Made by a program: the position numbers and the translations under genes. A stretch of 64,000 nt of DNA from Eledone cirrhosa. Its lineage: Eukaryota. Below the pieces are notes generated by a model. That model ran no database searches and was not told where the DNA came from. It saw only the letters and a program-made list of their open reading frames with translations. The stretch covers positions 25,420,001-25,484,000 of the forward strand of contig OZ024758.1 of the NCBI GenBank assembly GCA_964016885.1, written 5' to 3'. Shown here in pieces: positions 1 to 13,933 of this stretch (positions are counted from its first letter, which is position 1; every line of letters begins with the position of its first letter).

Positions 1-1240
1 TTTTGTGATGTCACCTAAACAACCACTTTACAGTGTGTGCTGGGTGCTTTTTGTCATGTCACCTAAACAACCACTTTACAGTGTGTGCTGGGTGCTTTTT
101 GTCATGTCACCTACACAACCACTTTACAGTGTGTGCTGGGTGCTTTTTGTCATGTCACCTACACAACCACTTTACAGTGTGTGCTGGGTGCTTTTTGAGA
201 TGTCACCCACACGACCACTTTACAGTGTGCGCTGGGTGCTTTTTGTGATGTCACCTAAACAACTACTTTACAGTGTGTGCTGGGTGCTTTTTGTGATGTC
301 ACCTACACAACCACTTTACAGTGTGTGCTGGGTGCTTTTTGTGATGTCACCTACACAACCACTTTACAGTGTGTGCTGGGTGCTTTTTGTCATGTCACCT
401 AAACAACCACTTTACAGTGTGTGCTGGGTGCTTTTTGTGATGTCACCTACACAACCACTTTACAGTGTGTGCTGGGTGCTTTTTGTGATGTCACCTACAC
501 AACCACTTTACAGTGTGTGCTGGGTGCTTTTTGTCATGTCACCTAAACAACCACTTTACAGTGTGCGCTGGGTGCTTTTTGAGATGTCACCCACACGACC
601 ACTTTACAGTGTGCGCTGGGTGCTTTTTGTGATGTCACCTAAACAACCACTTTACAGTGTGCGCTGGGTGCTTTTTGTGATGTCATCTAAACAACCACTT
701 TACAGTGTGTGCTGGGTGCTTTTTGTCATGTCACCTACACAACCACTTTACAGTGTGTGCTGGGTGCTTTTTGTCATGTCACCTACACAACCACTTTACA
801 GTGTGTGCTGGGTGCTTTTTGTGATGTCACCTAAACAACCACTTTACAGTGTGTACTGGGTGCTTTTTGTCATGTCACCTACACAACCACTTTACAGTGT
901 GTGCTGGGTGCTTTTTGTGATGTCACCTAAACAACCACTTTACAGTGTGCGCTGGGTGCTTTTTGTGATGTCACCTAGACAACCACCTTATAGTGTGGGC
1001 TGAGTGCTTTTTGTGATGTCACCTACACGACCACCTTATAGTGTGGGCTGAGTGCTTTGAGTTGTGATGTCACCTACACAACCACTTTACAGTGTGTGCT
1101 GGGTGCTTTTTGTGATGTCACCTAAACAACCACTTTACAGTGTGGGCTGAGTGCTTTTTGTGATGTCACCTACACGACCACCTTATAGTGTGGGCTGAGT
1201 GCTTTGAGTTGTGACTCCTACGCAACCACCTTACAGCGTT
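1..1240. repeat. 48-bp tandem minisatellite (~25 copies, open at window start) derived from RTE 3'UTR / SINE tail motif
   Basis: Unit tttttgtgatgtcacctaaacaaccactttacagtgtgtgctgggtgc. It matches the ccactttacagtgtgggctgggtgctttttt motif in RTE/SINE tails at 30300-30390, 35790-35885 and 55710-55865. Confidence 0.95.
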
Positions 1241-2372
1241 TATTATTAGGTTTAGTTTATTCCATGAGCTCAGCTGGTCTTGCTCGGGGATTTAGCCAGA
1301 TCAATTGTTAGAGACAGTTGCTTGTGACTGGACCTGCTGGACGGCATGTTTCAGGACTCTTCCCCAGTGAACTTCCCATGACTAAGTGGGCAAAGAATGT
1401 AAGAAAAAGAAGAATGTAAGAAAAAGAAGAATGTAAGAAGAAGAAGAATGTAAGAAGAAGATTTATTTGATATTAAAAATCTAACAAGGAATAATATTCA
1501 TAATGGAATGGTCTAGTAACTTTTTAACGATAAGACAGTAAAATTATGCAACAATTTCGACTATCTTTTATGTAACTAAACCAAGCCTCTGTACAGATAA
1601 CTAGCGTTTTCACAACTCGTCAAAAATAGACTAACTAAAGTGAAAGTTTTTAATTAACTTACTGTCTCATGTATTTTAATTCTATTCTGCTTGTTTCCTA
1701 TTAACATCTGAACCGGGATAGAAAAAAGATAAGAACATATTACTTATTAATACTCTTTTCTATTTTATTTTTGTCCTCAGTCCATGAAATATTATTACTT
1801 GGGTGTGTCTTGGTAGTTTAATTTTTAAAACAATGTAGCTTTTTATCCTTTCTTGTTTACTTTAAAATTATCCATTTTAGAGGCTTAGTGATTCGTTCAG
1901 TGATGCTTAACTTTCGTGACAATAAATCCTTGGTTCATTATTAAAGAATGATAGGTGGAGGGTGTAGTTTGTCTTGTAGATAAGATTTACTGCTATATTT
2001 GTGTCTCCGTTATCCATGCTATAAACAGAGAAAAATTTGTTTCATTACATTCATTGGATATTTTTTTTCCAGCATAACAATTGTTGCAGAAAATTACTAT
2101 TGAGCATTTTATCATGATACCACAAAAGAACTGTTATATCAAGTATTGGAGAACACACACATGCTTCTCCAGTTTCTTTTTAGTTGGAACAGTATTTGTA
2201 GCTTTTCTTACTTACGGAACAAATAAAAAGAAACCACTGTTTTGTACTTCTGTGATTGAAATGGTTTTAGCTCAGATCTTACTCAATGGAATTTTTTACT
2301 TTTGCTAGAAAAAAGCCTACCATGTCAACTCAAAAGTTTGGTGTTAAACATTGCATAAGATTTTGTCATAAA

Positions 2373-2645
2373 AGAGAGTGGGAGAGTGAGAAGTGGGAGA
2401 GAGGGGTGGGATAGAGTGGGGTGAGAGGTGGGATAGTGGGGGGGGAGTGAGAGGTGGGATAGAGTGAGGGGGGAGAGAAGAGAGGTGGGATAGTGGGGGA
2501 GAGTGGGGACAGAGAGGTTGGATAAAGAGTGAGAGAGAAAGGGAAGAGTAAGAGTGGGAAGAGAGAGAGAGAGAGAGAGGTGAGATTGAGTGGGGGATAG
2601 AGAGTGGGAGAGAAACAGAGAGAGGGGGGGGGGAACAGAGAGAGT
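2373..2645. repeat. GA/G-rich low-complexity tract
   Basis: Runs of gagagtggg/gggg/gagag. Confidence 0.8.
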
Positions 2646-3055
2646 AGATTTACTTCTGCTCAATTTCTTGTATCTATTTTGGGGGTTTGTGTATATGAAG
2701 GTAGAGATGTGAGTAGGATGTTTAGCTATGAGGAAGTCAAAATAATGAATAATCTTAAACAGAGCCATTCCTTCTCTCACTTGAATACAACCGGCAGAAA
2801 TGGGGTTCCTCTGAAGGGTCTTTGGAATAATGTTACTCAATAGAATGTGTAGCTCAGAGATCAGATAGGCTCTCCAAGTAGAGCCACTACTTCTCCGAAT
2901 TGAGAGAGGGAGATGGAGTGAGAGAGTTTGAGAGAGATTACTCTATTATTGCTTACAGACATTCCAAGAAGTGATTCTTGATAGCTAAGTGAATGAACTC
3001 TTGATACCACCCTGTCTGAGACTGCCACTGGTTCTACAATACAAAACTGTTTGTT

Positions 3056-3429
3056 TTAACCTTTTACCATTCACATTACTCTATATATACTATTATATTT
3101 TCATGGTAAAAGCTTTACCTCACATAATTATCTCACATAACATTAACATTTCTCTATATATACTATTATATTTTCATGGTAAAAGCTTTACCTCACATAA
3201 TTATCTCACATAACATTAACATTTCTCTATATATACTATTATATTTTCATGGTAAAAGCTTTACCTCACATAATTATCTCACATAATATCGAATCTATGA
3301 GATTCTGAAAGTATTTATTTTGAAAACATTACCTTAACATCGGTATAATCGACCAGTTACAACCAGTTTCAACAGAAAGGGGTAGAGAATTCTGGCCGGT
3401 TTTGGCCAGTTTGAACATTAAAGGGTTAA
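3056..3429 (+). mobile_element. piggyBac-type MITE with internal ~72-bp tandem duplication
   Basis: TTAA|CCTTTTA...TAAAGGG|TTAA ends. The body is shared with about 10 other copies in the window. Confidence 0.85.
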
Positions 3430-3778
3430 AGTGTTTTTATTTTATCTAAAAACCTTCCATCATAAGAACCTTTAAGTTATGTTCCAAACCAGTTTAATAA
3501 TGGGATTATTCTTGATTATTTTCAAAAACATTTGAAAACCACAGGCAGTGTCTTTCATTAGAAATATGGTAACAAAGGGGTTAAGTACCGCTCTTAGAAA
3601 CACAACACAATGTTTGTAATGGATTTATCTCCCCAAAGACACAAGTTGTTAGTCTAATACTAAACTCATTTAGTCACTCTTCTTATAATACACTGTGGCA
3701 AATACTTGATTCCTATTATTTATTTTCCTAATTTTATTCAGTGTTTAATTGTATAAAAGACTCTTTTATTTTCCTTTG

Positions 3779-3832
3779 AGAAGCTGTGGTCTCTCATCTT
3801 AAAGAGCATTAAGATGAGAGACCACAGCTTCT
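3779..3832. repeat. Perfect 24-bp inverted repeat with 6-nt loop
   Basis: agaagctgtggtctctcatcttaa-agagca-ttaagatgagagaccacagcttct. Confidence 0.9.
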
Positions 3833-4464
3833 TAAGAACTACTGTCTTGAAATGATAGTCTATTAGTCTACAGTCTGTATGAAATTTACTGTCAATATGG
3901 TTAACAGAGGAGTATAGTAGATTTAACCAACCCCAGTACTATCATCATCATCATTACCTCCCACTCACAGAAAAGATGGTTGTTTAAAAAAAAACATGAT
4001 TATATGTGATGTTTGGGGGTTTAGGACAAACACAATGCAGGAGTAGAATTATTTAAGGAAGATGTCATCATAGTGAAGTTTATAAAAAAAAAAAAGATAG
4101 AGAATTGCATTAGAAGCATAAACATAAACCCATAACATTTCCTAGGTTTTAGTTCAAATCCTATAAGGGGCATTAAAAAATACTTCCAACTGTAAGAAAC
4201 CTGGCAAATAAAGGGTCAGGAGACCTCTTCAGGTGTGTCAAAGATATGTCAGCCTCTCTAGTGCTGGTGCCATGATAAAATGCACTTAGTAGAGTGTGTA
4301 AACATATGTAAACATGATGCGCTGCCCTAGCTCAGCTGGGTATTTGGTAGAAGTGCGGGAACATATGCAAGCCCCCAGGCTATCTGACTGGTATGTTGCT
4401 CTGCTTGCATGTAGAGTTGGTTTGGGACAAGTTGTCTAACCCTTGCTATAGCAGGATGTTAAAT

Positions 4465-4993
4465 AATTGTTTCTACTATTGGCACAAGGCCAGCAATTAG
4501 CTCAGTAGATTACTGGTACTTTATTTTATCGACCCCGTAAGGATGAAAGGCAAAGTTAACCTCGGCAGAATTTGAACTCCGACCATAAAGGGGCGTAACT
4601 CTATGCTGCAAAGCATGACGTCTGACCTTCTACTGATACTGCCAATCCCGGCTGTTAAATAATGATAATAATAATTGTTTCTACTTTAGGCACAAGGCCA
4701 GCAATTACCCAGTGTATTACTGGTACTTTATTTTATCCAAAGTTAACCTCGGCGGGATTTGAACTCAGAACGTAAATTGTTTCTACTTTAGGCACAAGGC
4801 CAGCAATTTGAAGGGGAAGGGAAAGTCGATCAAATCGATCCTCAGTGCATTACTGGTACTTTATTTATCAACCCCGTCAGGATGAAAGGTAAAGCTAACT
4901 TCTTGGGGATTTGAACTCAGCAAGTAAAGGGCCGTAACTCTATGCTGTAAAGCATGGCGTCCGACCCTCTACCGATTCTGCCAATCCACTGCC
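4465..4993 (-). mobile_element. Cluster of three tRNA-derived SINEs (Deu/Nin-like core; family A)
   Basis: The minus strand shows A-box tggcagtatcgg, B-box gagttcaaatcc, core gcctttcatccttacggggtcgataaaataaagtaccag and an (ATT)n tail. Confidence 0.9.
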
Positions 4994-5139
4994 AAATAAT
5001 ATTAATGATTCACATGAAAAATTTCAATAATATTCTAAGGTTAAAAGTTTATATTTTATGACAATTTTTGTAATGTTATATTCTTATATTTATTATATTC
5101 AATTCTTCTGACTGGGTAGCTTGATCCCATGTCTTATAA

Positions 5140-5452
5140 CAGGGCTCCCCAACCACCAGCCTGCGGGCCACATCCGGCCTGCGAAGGGTTTCAATCTGGC
5201 CCGCGAAGGCCTTTATCCTGCCTGCGAGGGTTCTAAAAAGGGTATAGTTTGCAATAAATTTGCACCTGATCTATCGATATTGCCGAATAAAACAATGTTT
5301 AAATGTATTTTTCTGCATGGGACAGCGCTAAGTATAAATATTGAATTTTGTTTCAAATCTAACATAAGGGATGAATAAATGATTACTTATTAGTATCTAA
5401 GTAGTATTAATTGCGCATCCGGCCCGCGGACCCAAAAGGTTGGGGACCCCTG
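5140..5452. mobile_element. hAT-superfamily MITE
   Basis: TIRs CAGGGCTCCCCAACC / GGTTGGGGACCCCTG, exact 8-bp TSD tcttataa on both sides, and GC-rich subterminal ggcccgcg motifs. Confidence 0.93.
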
Positions 5453-5864
5453 TCTTATAATATGAAGAGAGACTCACACAGATGCTAGGTTTATTCCTAA
5501 TTTGATCCTCTGTTGTCTGTATAGCATTGTTAAGGGGTGTTTATTTAAAAGAACTAGATGGGAGAAAAACAAACCCTCTAACATATTAGGTTGTCTCTAA
5601 ACCTCTGAAAATGTCAGTTGGGGACTGGGTGCAATATCTCTAAAAGAAGCCAGTTTCTGCAAGTGATTAGTTTCTAGTCTTGCTCTGCTTATCAGATATA
5701 TTAATAATGTTAAAGGTGAACAACCTGGTTTTCACTGTGTATGTTTGTTATCAATGGCAATAGATTTATTTATTAGGAATAAGAATTCACAAGTCTGCTG
5801 ACTATGAATTGCTATGTTGCTATTTTTTTGACCATTTGATTGGGGAATAATTTTTCTTATGAAT

Positions 5865-6286
5865 GCCTATACACTCTTGCATACACTCATGTACATACAT
5901 ACGTGCACACACACACACACACACTCATGCACATACACACATATGCACATACTCACATGTACACGCACATTCACATGCACACACACACACACACATATGC
6001 CCATACACACATGCTCATACACACACATGCTCATACACACACATGCTCATACACACTCATGCACATACACACACATGCTCATACACACTCGTGTACATGC
6101 ACACCCGTACACATGCACACACACACATGCATATACACACACGAACACATGCACATTCATACTCAAACACATGCACACACACACATGCACACTCACATGT
6201 ACATACATACACGAACACATGCACACACACACTCACATGCACATACATACTCACACATGCACACACACATACACTTACAGGCACAT

Positions 6287-6319
<33 letters not shown>

Positions 6320-6382
6320 CATACGCACACACGCACGCACGCACACACACACACATGCACACACACATACACCATACACATG
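5865..6382. repeat. Degenerate (CA)n/(CATA)n microsatellite
   Basis: Direct reading. Confidence 0.95.
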
Positions 6383-6807
6383 TTCTTATTTTCCTTCCAG
6401 TATATCTGAACACTTGTCTGTTGTTTATAATCTATGCCTCTTGGTCTTACATAAACCCTGAGATTTCCTACTTCTCTCATAACACTGCTCTTCAGAATAT
6501 TTAGACCTCCTCCTCCTAAACTTTACCTTTATTCCACCAATGATTCTACTATCTTCATATTCCAAGTTAAATGTCAATGCACCTAACCGACCCTAACCAA
6601 TTAACCTAGTTGTGCAGCCCAGTACATTATCAGGTTGGTTAATATGATGGCTTTAACAGGATTCCAGTGGAGGGGGTTTGGGGGGATTTTTGGAGGGGGG
6701 GGGGAGATTTTTGGAGGTTTTTTGTTTGTTTATTGGAAATCCTTCTGAGTTTTTTATCTTGGAAAATATTTCTTTATTTGTCGAGTTTGTTGATGTTGAT
6801 TGAATAG

Positions 6808-7210
6808 TTCATCATCATTAACATCGCTGTAACCATCATCATCATTATCGTCGTCGTCACCATCATCCCCCCCCTCCCCCCCACCATCATCGTCACCATC
6901 ACCACCACTACCACCACCACCACCACCATCATCATCTCCACCAATATTATCATTATCATTGTCACCATCATCTGTCATCACCATCACCACCACTACCATC
7001 ATCACCATCATCACCACTACCATCATCACCATCATCACCACCACCACCATCATCATCATCACCACCACCACCACCGCTGCCGCCACCACCACCACCATCA
7101 TTATCTCCACCATTATCATCATCGTCACAACCATCACCACCACCATCATCATCACCGCCACCATCCCTACCACCATCATCATCATCATCATCATCACCAT
7201 CATCACCACA
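6808..7210. repeat. (CAT)n/(CAC)n trinucleotide tract abutting a SINE A fragment (7215-7370)
   Basis: Direct reading. Confidence 0.92.
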
Positions 7211-7789
7211 CACATTAAATCGACCCCAGTGCATTACTGGTACTTTATTATGTAATGAGGAAAGGCAAAGCTGTCCTGGGTGGGATTTGAACTCAGAACA
7301 TTAGAATGTTGTAACTAAATACCACAAAGAATTTTGGCTGGCACTCTACCGATTCTGCCAATCTGTTGCCCTTCTGGGAAATTATAATAAAAAATTGAAG
7401 TGAAACCCAACTGGTACATATGTTTTATTGGCAGCATGACCCTACCAAAATATGACAATAAGAATATACAGTGTACTCCGACATTCAGTCCCTGTTATTC
7501 GCGGAATTTTCCTTAGAACCTAACTAATAATTTATAAAATAATTAGGTAAAAAATCAGAGCATTTTCATGCTCCTTAATTGCATTGTATGGCCCTACAAA
7601 CAGCACAACATGCATTTTAAGGCTATGTTCACTGTAAAGCTGAGGTTAGACCCCATGACAAACTTCTCTACTGTTCCCTGTCATCGGCATCACCCTTCAC
7701 CCCTCATTTTTAGCCATATCTTTCATGTGTGTGTCCAGTTTAGAATAGAGACACCATATTTTTAGCATGTCATCGTTGACCCCCCCTTC

Positions 7790-8118
7790 AGTCATGAATG
7801 ACCATGTGATTTGTACCTAGAAAGTTCCCCTCCAGGGTACAAGTCCAGGCAAGGTTGTTTGTGGAAGACGAGCAGTCGCCCATGCATACCAGTCTCCCCC
7901 TCTCCACACCACCGATGTTGTCCAAGGGAAAGGCAATGGCTGATGTCTGATACAGCTTGGCACCAGTGACGTTGCAACTCATTTCTACAGCTGAGTGAAT
8001 TGGAGCAACGTGAAATAAAGTGTCTTGCTCAAGAGCACAATGCATCACCTGGTCCAAGAATCAAACTCACAACCTTTCAATTGCAAGCCCAATGCTCTAA
8101 CCACTAAGCCATGCACCT
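7790..8118 (-). mobile_element. tRNA-SINE with Meta/V-like core and a different 3' tail
   Basis: The minus strand has head gaggtgcatggcttagtggttagagc and core ttgagcaagacactttatttcacgttgctcca. The tail differs from the family B copies. Confidence 0.8.
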
Positions 8119-8377
8119 CAACAAGGACCTCATCTTGAGTATAACGTATTGTATGACACCTGTGAGGTATAGACTTTTATATTTAAATTTCCAGCCAATG
8201 AATTTCCTGTTAGAACATCTATATTTAAAAAAAGGAGGGGGGGGGGGGGTACATTGGATAATATACTCCTAGATACACTGTGTCTGTATAAAAGATGAGA
8301 TAAGAGAATGTAGTTCTTGAAATACAAATCAACAGATGGTCAGAAATAAATAAAAGAATTGGTTTGTAAATTCAGCT

Positions 8378-10375
8378 TAATAAATATAAAACTAGTATGC
8401 TACTTACTAATAAATATAAAACTAGTATGCTACTTACAAATAAATATAAAATTACTGTCACTCACTAATAAATATAAAACTAGTATGTCACTCACTAATA
8501 AATATAAAACTAGTATGTCACTCACTAATAAATATAAAACTAGTATGTCACTCACTAATAAATATAAAACTAGTATGCTACTTACTAATAAATATAAAAC
8601 TAGTATGCTACTTACAAATAAATATAAAATTACTGTCACTCACTAATAAATATAAAACTAGTATGTCACTCACTAATAAATATAAAACTAGTATGTCACT
8701 CACTAATAAATATAAAACTAGTATGTCACTCACTAATAAATATAAAACTAGTATGCTACTTACTAATAAATATAAAACTAGTATGCTACTTACAAATAAA
8801 TATAAAATTACTGTCACTCACTAATAAATATAAAATTAGTATGTCACTCACTAATAAATATAAAACTAGTATGTCACTCACTAATAAATATAAAACTAGT
8901 ATGTCACTCACTAATAAATATAAAACTAGTATGCTACTTACTAATAAATATAAAACTAGTATGCTACTTACTAATAAATATAAAACTAGTATGCTACTTA
9001 CTAATAAATATAAAACTAGTATGTCACTCACTAATAAATATAAAACTAGTATGTCACTCACTAATAAATATAAAACTAGTATGTCACTCACTAATAAATA
9101 TAATAATAATTGTTTCTACATTTGGCACAAGGCCAGCAATTACCCAGTGCATTACTGGTACTTTATTTTATCGACCCTGTAAGGATGAAAGGCAAAGTTA
9201 ACCTCGGCGGGATTTGAACTCAGATCGTAAAGGGACGTAACTCTTCTGGAAAGCATGGCATCCGACCCTCTACCGATACTGCCATAGAATAATTGTTTCT
9301 ACTTTTGGCACAAGGTCAGCAATTACCCAGTGCATTACTGGTACTTTATTTTACCAATAATGTACAAATATCAGGAAAGTGAACAGTGTATGAGTCATGA
9401 TATACATGTGTGCGCGTATCACGACTCATATACAACTAGTATGTCACTCACTAATAAATATAAAGCTAGTATACTACTCACTAATAAAAATGAAACTAGT
9501 ATGTTACTTACTAATAGATATACAACTAGTATACCACTCACTAATAAATATAAAACTAGTATGTCTCTCACTAATAAATATAAAACTAGTATGTTACTTA
9601 CTAATAGATATACAACTAGTATGCCACTCACTAATAAATATAAAACTAGTATGATACTTACTAATAGTATGATATGCCACTCACTAATAAATATAAAACT
9701 AGTATGTCTCTCACTAATGAATATAAAACTAGTATGTTACTTACTAATAAATATAAAACTAGTATAATACTTACTAATAGATATACAACTAGTATGATAC
9801 TAATAGATATACAACTAGTATATGTCTCTCACTAATAAATATAAAACTAGTATGATACTTACTAATAAATATAAAACTAGTATAATACTTACTAATAGAT
9901 ATACAACTAGTATGATACTAATAGATATACAACTAGTATATGTCTCTCACTAATAAATATAAAACTAGTATAATACTTACTAATAGATATACAACTAGTA
10001 TGATACTAATAGATATACAACTAGTATGATACTAATAGATATACAACTAGTATATGTCTCTCACTAATAAATATAAAACTAGTATGATACTTACTAATAG
10101 ATATACAACTAGTATATGTCTCTCACTAATAAATATAAAACTAGTATGATACTTACTAATAGATATAAAACTAGTATGATATGTTACTCACTAATAAATA
10201 TAAAACTAGTATGATACTTACTAATAGATATACAACTAGTATGATATATCACTCACTAATAAATATAAAACTAGTATACTACTCACTAATAAAAATGAAA
10301 CTCGTATGATACTTACTAATAAATATAAAACTAGTATGATACTTACTAATAGATATACAACTAGTATGTTACTTA
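8378..10375. repeat. 30-bp AT-rich satellite with 178-bp higher-order unit, interrupted by SINE A (9108-9352)
   Basis: Unit ctaataaatataaaactagtatgtcactca. The variant pattern recurs at 8430, 8608 and 8786. Confidence 0.95.
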
Positions 10376-10376
10376 T

Positions 10377-10455
10377 CAGTGGTTCTCAAACTTATTTTGT
10401 GGAAGAACTCTTTACTGTCTTCAGCCATTAGACTGTGGCAATGCTGGAGCACCAC
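10377..10455. mobile_element. Small degenerate hAT-type MITE
   Basis: cagtggttctcaaac...tgggagcaccact termini; no clean TSD. Confidence 0.5.
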
Positions 10456-10514
10456 TTTCAATTGATCATATCCACTCCACTATGGTTTGTTTGGTCAATT
10501 CTGGTGCTTATTTT

Positions 10515-10927
10515 ACACACACACATACGCACACGCACAGAGGCACAGACACAATCACACACACACAATACAGGCACTGATACACACACACAACACACAC
10601 ACTGATACACACACACAGCATACTCACACTTACACACAACATGGATACATACACGCAACACACAACACAGGCTCCGATACGCACAACATGGATACATAAA
10701 CACACACACACACACACACATACACACACACATGCATACACACACAACACAGGCACCGATACGCACAACATGGATACATAAACATACACACACACACACA
10801 CACAACACAGGCACCGATACGCACAACATGGATACACACACACATACACACACACACACACACACAACACAGGCACTGATACGCACATGGACACACACAC
10901 ACACACACACAACACACATATATATAT
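10515..10927. repeat. (CA)n-based compound minisatellite
   Basis: CA tracts interleaved with a repeated caacacaggcaccgatacgcacaacatggatac block. Confidence 0.9.
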
Positions 10928-11150
10928 TTCCCAATCTTCTGCAGTTTCTGTCTATCAAATTCAACTGACAATACATCAGTCAACCTGAGGTTATAGTAGA
11001 AAACAGTTGCCTAAGGTGCCACCCAGTGGGACTGAACTCAGAGCCACATACAATTTTATAAAGTTTTAAATCATAAAACCCACAGTTATATTTCATGGAG
11101 AATCTCCCTCATCCTAATTTTAACAAAACATCAAATGAAACGAAATTGTT

Positions 11151-11767
11151 TTAACCCTTTAGCATTTACATTACTCTATATTTACTATTGTATTTTTGTG
11201 TTAAAGGCTTTATCTTACATAATTATCTCACATAATCTCAAAATCTCATAGCTTCGTTATTATCTATTTTGAGAACAATACCTTAACATCAGTATGAGTG
11301 GTCAATTACAGCCGGTTTGAACAGAAAGAAGAGAGAATTTTGGACGGATATGGGCGGTTTAACCTTTTAGCATTTACATTACTCTATATTTACTATTGTA
11401 TTTTTGTGTTAAAGGCTTTACCTCACATAATATCGAAGCTATGAGATTTTGCTATTATCTATTTTGAGAACAATACCTTAACATCAGTATGAGTGGTCAA
11501 TTACAGCCGGTTTGAACAGAAAGAAGAGAGAATTTTGGAGGGATATGGGCGGTTTAACCCTTTAGCATTTAAATTACTCTATATTTACTATTGTATTTTT
11601 GTGTTAAAGGCTTTACCTCACATAATTATCTCACATAATATCGAATCTATGTGATTTTGATAACAATACCTTAACATCAGTATGAGCGACCGGTTAGAGC
11701 CAGTTTGATTAGAAAGAGGTGAGAGAATTCTGGCTGGATACAGCTGGTTTAAATGCTAACGAGTTAA
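11151..11767 (+). mobile_element. Three tandem piggyBac-type MITE copies
   Basis: TTAACC(C/T)TTTAGCATTT starts at 11151, 11359 and 11554. The array ends aatgctaacgagTTAA. Confidence 0.88.
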
Positions 11768-11799
11768 AGAGAGAATTTATTCATATAAAAGAACATATC

Positions 11800-12090
11800 A
11801 TAGATTGAGTTAAAAACTCAAAATAGTCTTTAACAATTAAATAGCTCAAAGAAGGGAATCTTTCCGAGCCGTGTAATATAATTAGATATATGTGAGGGAT
11901 GAACACAGATATAAAAACACATGTGTTCTAATTGCAAATGACCAAGTAGGTTTGTTATTTTTTATTGATTTATTATGTTAAATCAAGTCAGGCAAACCAT
12001 ATTGTTTTAAATTAGTATTTTTTCAACTTGGTCATTTGCAATTGGAACACATGTATACTTAAATCTGTGTCCATCCCTCTCATATATTCA
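11800..12090. mobile_element. Inverted-arm repeat remnant, homologous to 43123-43775 (possible PLE pseudo-LTR)
   Basis: 11886-11947 is the inverse of 12026-12086, and both match 43545-43775. Confidence 0.6.
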
Positions 12091-12141
12091 ATTGTATATA
12101 AAAGAACAGAGTCATTTTTATTAAAAGATCCCCTTAAACGA

Positions 12142-12330
12142 GGGCAGTGAATTGGATAGAATACTTTATGGTGTTAGTTCTGGCTCTCTGCCCCCCCCCC
12201 CCCCCCCCCCCGTCCAAATCCTGCAGAGGTCAACTTTGCCTTTCATCCTTACAGGGGTCTATAAAATAAAGTACCAGTAATGCACTGTGAGATAATTACT
12301 GGTCTTGTGCCAAAAGTAGACACAATTATT
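12142..12330 (+). mobile_element. SINE family A
   Basis: Core and tail motifs present. Confidence 0.85.
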
Positions 12331-12569
12331 ATAATTTCCCAGTCAATTCTTTAATTTTTTTTCACTGGCTTTAGCTATTTGACTGCGGTCATGCTGGGGC
12401 ACATGTATATATGCATGTGTGTGAACATGCACGTTTGTCTCTCATCTTGTGTCTCCATTTTTATGTTTAAAGCAAGAGGTGACATTTGTTTATAGCCCAC
12501 ATTAACTGCATGTCCTGCAGCTAAACAGTTTGACAAAGATGAAATACTATACTCTGTACTTAAATGCCC

Positions 12570-12805
12570 TCGGAGTCCAAATCCTGCAGAGTTCAACTTT
12601 GGTACCTTTTTTTATCAACCCCGAAAGGATGAAAGGCAGTCAAGTACTAGGGTCAATTCTTCCTCTATACCTCTTTCTATCTTCCTCTGGAAGAAATCTG
12701 CTGTACTCAGGCCTGGAGGGGGGTGGGCTCCGCCAGGTTTAAAATGCTCAAGAAACGCTGTATGTCAACACGGCGCCTCTATGACTCTATCAGGGGTTAC
12801 AGGAC
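12570..12805 (+). mobile_element. SINE subfamily with Deu/Nin-like core and distinct tail (family C)
   Basis: Tail ctggaagaaatctgctgtactcaggcctggag...caggggttac is shared with 36100-36430, 57358-57580 and 57740-58060. Confidence 0.75.
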
Positions 12806-13749
12806 AAGAAAAAGACCTTAGCATGTGGGACCCTGGAATTGTTTTTGTAAACCTCACTTGGGAGACACTTTTCTAAGGTGCACTTTGGCTGCTTATATCT
12901 GAAATTAAGATTTAATTTTGAATTTTTGAACTACATAAGCTGGTATATAGTTAGACCAATTAACATTTTATTTCAATTTAAAAAAAATATTATAACCCAC
13001 CTATCTCTCTCTCTCTCTATCTATGTACACACACACACACGTGTGTGTATTGAAATTTGAGAAATTTTTACACAAAAGTAGTTAGCTGTACATAATGTAA
13101 GTAAAGTTGGCTGTAACATATACTAATCCAGTTTACAAATGGGTAAACACAGATCAGTGGTAGAATCTGTATACAGATTAAAATGATATTCTATACTAGT
13201 AGACTGAATGTTAAGGGGAACAGATGCTATAAGCAGTGTTTTGTTGATGTAGTGTAGCTATCAAATAAAATTGAAGTTTTCCATTTGGCCTGTTATCAAT
13301 AATGGATAAAGTAATACCATTAGCTAGAGAGATTTCAATTAAGAATAACATAGTTTATTCTATGTAAATGTTTCTCATGAATTGATTACCTTATGGCATT
13401 GTTTGAAATAATTTTTATACATGATTTTCAATAAAAAAAATCTTTGAAATTTAATTATTACTTGGATGTTTTGGCAGCTGTTCTGGTGATAACTTTTCTC
13501 ATTTTTATATGAATTCAAATACACACTTGCTTCATCTCGATCAGAGACAACAATGTTTATTTATATTTTTGTGTATTTTATTTATAAGGTTCCTAGCAAT
13601 AATTAATTGATTTCGTATATGTACTTCTATTTAATCTTATATATCTGTTATATGATAATAAAATATATTGTTATTAACTGTTTAATACCTCTGTCCTCTG
13701 AAGCAGAGCTTACTACAGTTGATAACAAAAACATTATTTGAAGCTTGAA

Positions 13750-13933
13750 GGGTGGTGGATTGGCAGTATCGGTAGAGGGTCGGATGCAAGGCATTGAGTT
13801 ACGGCCCTTGCTATTCTGAGTTCAAATCCCGCCGAAGTTAACTTTGCCTTTCATCCTTTACGGGGTCGATAAAATAAAGTAGCAGTAATGCACTGGATAA
13901 TTGCTGGCCTTGTGCCTAAAGTAGAAACAATTA
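13750..13933 (+). mobile_element. SINE family A with TSD
   Basis: Full head-core-tail, flanked by the direct repeat ttatttgaagcttgaa. Confidence 0.92.

Noticed and set aside
5-1003. 332-aa repetitive ORF
   Set aside because: Translation of a 48-bp TE-derived minisatellite; it is open only because the unit length is a multiple of 3.
2645-2840. Possible ancient LINE C-terminal remnant on the minus strand
   Set aside because: Only a vague motif resemblance; not supportable without a search.
5840-7255. His/Thr-, Cys/Val- and Asp/Gly-rich ORFs
   Set aside because: Products of (CA)n and (CAT/CAC)n microsatellites.
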